Below are positions 21,816 to 24,358 of a stretch of DNA of 24,358 nt, one piece after another. Numbering within the stretch: position 1 is the first letter of the stretch; each line of letters starts with the position of its first letter. The notes below the pieces were generated by a model. That model did no database searches, was not told the DNA's origin, and saw nothing but the letters and a program-made list of their open reading frames with translations. This DNA is from Symploca sp. SIO1C2. GTDB taxonomy: Bacteria > Cyanobacteriota > Cyanobacteriia > Cyanobacteriales > Coleofasciculaceae. The stretch covers positions 1 to 24,358 of the forward strand of contig JAAHFP010000079.1 in assembly GCA_010672925.1 (NCBI GenBank). Reading direction: 5' to 3'. The translations under genes and the position numbers were made by a program.

Positions 21816-21922
21816 GTGGTAGGTTTTAGGTGGTAGGTGGTAGGTGGTAGGTGGTAGGTTTTAGGTGGTAGGTGGTAGGTTTTAGGTGATAGGTGTTAGG
21901 TGTTAGGTGGTAGGTGGTAGGT
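21801..21922 (+). repeat. STRR array (GGTGGTA/GGTTTTA/GGTGTTA)n
   Basis: About 17 units. It contains the ATPase stop TAG 21813-21815 and ends at HIP1 GCGATCGC 21923-21930. Confidence 0.95.
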
Positions 21923-21930
21923 GCGATCGC

Positions 21931-22064
21931 AATTAGCAATTAGCCATTAGCCATTAGCCATTAGCAATTAGCCATTAACCATTAGCCATTAACCATTAGC
22001 CATTAACCATTAGCCATTAGCCATTAACCATTAACCATTAGCCATTAGCCATTAGCAATTAGCC
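21931..22064 (+). repeat. STRR array (CCATTAG/CAATTAG/CCATTAA)n
   Basis: About 19 units, running to within 10 nt of the HD gene stop (22075-22077). Confidence 0.95.
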
Positions 22065-22074
22065 AGAGTGTTTC

Positions 22075-22917
22075 CTAAGAGCAGACCAGATTTTCCTGTT
22101 CTACCTGAAACACATTGGCATGGAGATTGGCAAGGATTTGCTTACCCTCAAAGGTCAGTTCCAAGTAAGGTAATGCAGGTTGAATGTAGGGGAAAACATG
22201 TCTGTAAAAGTTTGGGTAATTCTTGCGCAATTCACCAGGAGTACGACAACCGGAATTCTTATTCACACCATTTTCCTCAAATTCATAGAACAAGGCAGGA
22301 AGTTTGTGTAAGTAATGAGGGTCAGATAGTTGACCAATTAAATCTGCTGCTCTTGCTAAGCTGGGGTAGTTAAAAGTGTCTGAATGCTTCTGATCAGCTG
22401 GTACGGGAAAACGGGTTAGCTCAATATTGTCCTCAATCATTTTAGTATCAAGGAGTACGCGATCGCTAAATTGCTCTTTAACGAACAGTTTCCCTCTGTC
22501 TACGTGAAATTGATTTAAGGATGCATCGGTAGAACCTGGTGGGAGATAAACCATCGTGTCTTCCATTCCCGTGGCATATAATCTCTCGGTAACCTGATCC
22601 TGTTGACATACCCCCTTAAGAAAACCAACGTCATGACACAACAAAGAGATCAGGAAATGTAACCAATCTTCAGGAGAAACATTACCCTCTAAGAGGTACT
22701 TACCCCGTAAGATTTCCTGTCCTGTTAAAGCGACCAGGATAGTATGCTCAACGTTATGATACAGAGCATCAGTATGGAAAATACTTTCTAGGGTTAGGTT
22801 TGCAATCGAACCTAGGGTTTCTACATAATCTAGTTTGAGGTTGCTGTAAACTTTACGGTAGCTAAACTTGAGGTGTTCAATACAGGTACTAATCATTACG
22901 TCTTGGAGATTAAACAT
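22075..22917 (-). CDS. HD-domain metal-dependent phosphohydrolase
   Basis: YHNVEHTILVAL ... LLCHDVGFLKG (H...HD signature), later ADLIGQLSDPHY. AAGGAG lies 6 nt upstream of the ATG. The antisense ORF 22068..22373 is spurious. Confidence 0.75.
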   Translation of the reverse strand: MFNLQDVMISTCIEHLKFSYRKVYSNLKLDYVETLGSIANLTLESIFHTDALYHNVEHTILVALTGQEILRGKYLLEGNVSPEDWLHFLISLLCHDVGFLKGVCQQDQVTERLYATGMEDTMVYLPPGSTDASLNQFHVDRGKLFVKEQFSDRVLLDTKMIEDNIELTRFPVPADQKHSDTFNYPSLARAADLIGQLSDPHYLHKLPALFYEFEENGVNKNSGCRTPGELRKNYPNFYRHVFPYIQPALPYLELTFEGKQILANLHANVFQVEQENLVCS

Positions 22918-22997
22918 TTGGTTCTCCTTGGAAAATCAGTGATCGATGGTGGCTTTTGGTGTGGCCTATTTGGGTTGCAAAATATAGTGCTACGCGC

Positions 22998-23028
22998 AAT
23001 TCAAAATTCAAAATTCAAAATTCAAAAA
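22998..23028. repeat. STRR heptamer array (AATTCAA/TTCAAAA)n
   Basis: Read directly. Confidence 0.85.
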
Positions 23029-23116
23029 TAGGCCATGCTAGGTTTCAGGCTTTATTGATGTCCTAACCTAAATGCGTAGTGCTCCAGTAAATAATTCAAT
23101 GGAAAAGATACTGCCA

Positions 23117-23317
23117 TCAAACCCTTACCTGTTGGCTTAACATCCGGGATTCTTGGCTGACACGACCTTCCATGGCTGCGTACTGCAAATTCATAAAAGC
23201 CTTCAGGTCTTCTTTTGTGTACTTGCTTTTGAGCAGCTGACGCAGTTGCTCTTCGGCTTCTATAGTTAGATAGTTATTGGCAAGTGCTTCTTGGACAATC
23301 TGATAAATTAAGCTCAT
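23117..23317 (-). CDS. Small helical hypothetical protein (66 aa)
   Basis: GGAG lies 5 nt upstream of the ATG. Non-repetitive sequence (LTIEAEEQLRQLLKSKYTKEDLKAFMNLQYAAMEGRVSQESR). I recall similar small ORFs in cyanobacteria but cannot name a family. Confidence 0.5.
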   Translation of the reverse strand: MSLIYQIVQEALANNYLTIEAEEQLRQLLKSKYTKEDLKAFMNLQYAAMEGRVSQESRMLSQQVRV

Positions 23318-23512
23318 GATCTCCGTATCCCCCTGTCAGTCTTAAAGATGGGTCTTCAACCGGACATGTTCTAAGTCTATGGTTCGCAACTTCCCCCAAG
23401 CAAACAGTACCTTTTAATGGCTGAAAGTCTTTTATAATCAAGGATAAGCAGTTGGGGGAAGTAGCTAAAGTTGACAGATTCCCCCAACTTTGATGATTAT
23501 GGGATTGCATCA

Positions 23513-24358
23513 ATGGCTAGAATAAGCTACGGTCCTCAAGTTCAAAAGCGAACTAAGCGCCTATTCGAGGCATTACTGGCTTATGCTAATAACGAATTGG
23601 AAAATTGTGACCACCTTAAGATTCAACTCCACTCGAATACAGAAAAGGAATTGCTAGTTAAGACACAGGTGAGATTTCTGGAAAAACTGACCTGTCAAGA
23701 CCAATACCCTGGTAATTTAACCAATCGCCACATTAAGGAATCCCTCAACCGCCTGCAAGATTTCTTGGAAATTTTACAAGATCACCGCCTGGGAAATCGA
23801 GGCTTCCATTATTGGCATTTTTCCCTGAAGCTTTGGCACTCTTGGCAAGCTAAAGAAGCTAATCTCGAACAATTTGATCTGGAGTGGGAATGCCGTCGCC
23901 CTCCCAAGTCCAAACAAGTTACCAAAGGTAACAAACCCAAGGTAACTGCGATCAAACCAATTAGCACAGTTAAACACCGAGACTGGGGAACAGCCCCCAA
24001 TGTTACTGTATTCTACGGACGCACCCAGGAACTGGATAAATTAGAGCAGTGGATTATAGATAAACGTTGTCGCGTACTCAGTATTGTTGGTTTAGGTGGG
24101 ATTGGTAAAACCACTCTATCAGTTAAGTTGGCACAACTAGTTCAGGAAGAATTCCAATATCTTATTTGGCGAAATCTCCGTAATGCTCCTACACTGCCAG
24201 AACTTTTGGCAGATTTGATTTGTTTCCTCTCCCACCAGCAAGAAACTGATTTACCAGAGGCAATTGATGGCAAAATCACTCGATTGCTGAAGTATCTGCA
24301 AGACTCTCGTTGTTTACTTGTACTTGATAATGCAGAATCTATCTTGTGCAGTAATGGG
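23513..24358 (+). CDS. NB-ARC (STAND) NTPase, 5' part only (runs off the window), with a ~150-aa helical N-terminal domain
   Basis: Translated by hand: ATG 23513, 282 sense codons to the window end, no stop. MARISYGPQVQKRTKRLFEALLAYANNELENCDHLKIQLH...WHFSLKLWHSW...DWGTAPNVTVFYGRTQELDKLEQWI..VLSIVGLGGIGKTTLSVKLAQ...CLLVLDNAESIL (P-loop and Walker B). Not in the supplied ORF track, presumably because it lacks a stop. Confidence 0.9.
   Translation, partial: MARISYGPQVQKRTKRLFEALLAYANNELENCDHLKIQLHSNTEKELLVKTQVRFLEKLTCQDQYPGNLTNRHIKESLNRLQDFLEILQDHRLGNRGFHYWHFSLKLWHSWQAKEANLEQFDLEWECRRPPKSKQVTKGNKPKVTAIKPISTVKHRDWGTAPNVTVFYGRTQELDKLEQWIIDKRCRVLSIVGLGGIGKTTLSVKLAQLVQEEFQYLIWRNLRNAPTLPELLADLICFLSHQQETDLPEAIDGKITRLLKYLQDSRCLLVLDNAESILCSNG

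Noticed and set aside
22068-22373. 101-aa + strand ORF
   Set aside because: It is antisense to the 3' part of the HD-domain gene, which has a strong AAGGAG ribosome-binding site and H...HD motifs.
23274-24000. Minus-strand ORFs 23274..23513, 23774..23977 and 23809..24000
   Set aside because: The latter two lie antisense to the hand-translated NB-ARC gene (P-loop and Walker B present). 23274..23513 spans the divergent promoter region and overlaps the better-supported 66-aa ORF start.

Overview
AT-leaning chromosomal segment that I read as coming from a filamentous cyanobacterium. The HIP1 octamer GCGATCGC occurs at least 15 times by eye (e.g. 713-720, 3670-3677, 4019-4026, 21923-21930). Almost every intergenic spacer is filled with tandem heptamer (STRR-type) arrays, and the conserved genes have a cyanobacterial flavour. 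Genus not determined. Core genes: recJ (3752-5764), a periplasmic LTXXQ (Spy/CpxP-like) protein, three conserved hypotheticals (7200-9919), a DUF29 protein, an M23 peptidase and birA. Two accessory blocks carry NLR-like/conflict-system genes. Block (i), 104-3073: an NB-ARC-TPR STAND protein whose helical N-terminal module is cut off by one in-frame TGA. Block (ii), about 13.5-24.4 kb: an orphan hicB; a 1001-aa caspase-nSTAND-TM-pentapeptide protein divergent from a small Trypco1-like gene; a triple winged-helix protein; a 693-aa AAA+/STAND-like ATPase; an HD hydrolase; a 66-aa ORF; and a second NB-ARC gene (23513 to window end) that is missing from the ORF track. The non-coding layer includes a ~65-bp GGGCGGGTTT-ended MITE-like family (4 copies, one carrying a nested second MITE with a 10-bp flanking duplication), a GTGGAAC-hairpin family at the 3' ends of three genes, G-quadruplex-capable arrays, and a perfect 17-bp x8 tandem repeat. 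No rRNA, tRNA or CRISPR array was seen. All family names come from motif recognition by eye, not from searches.
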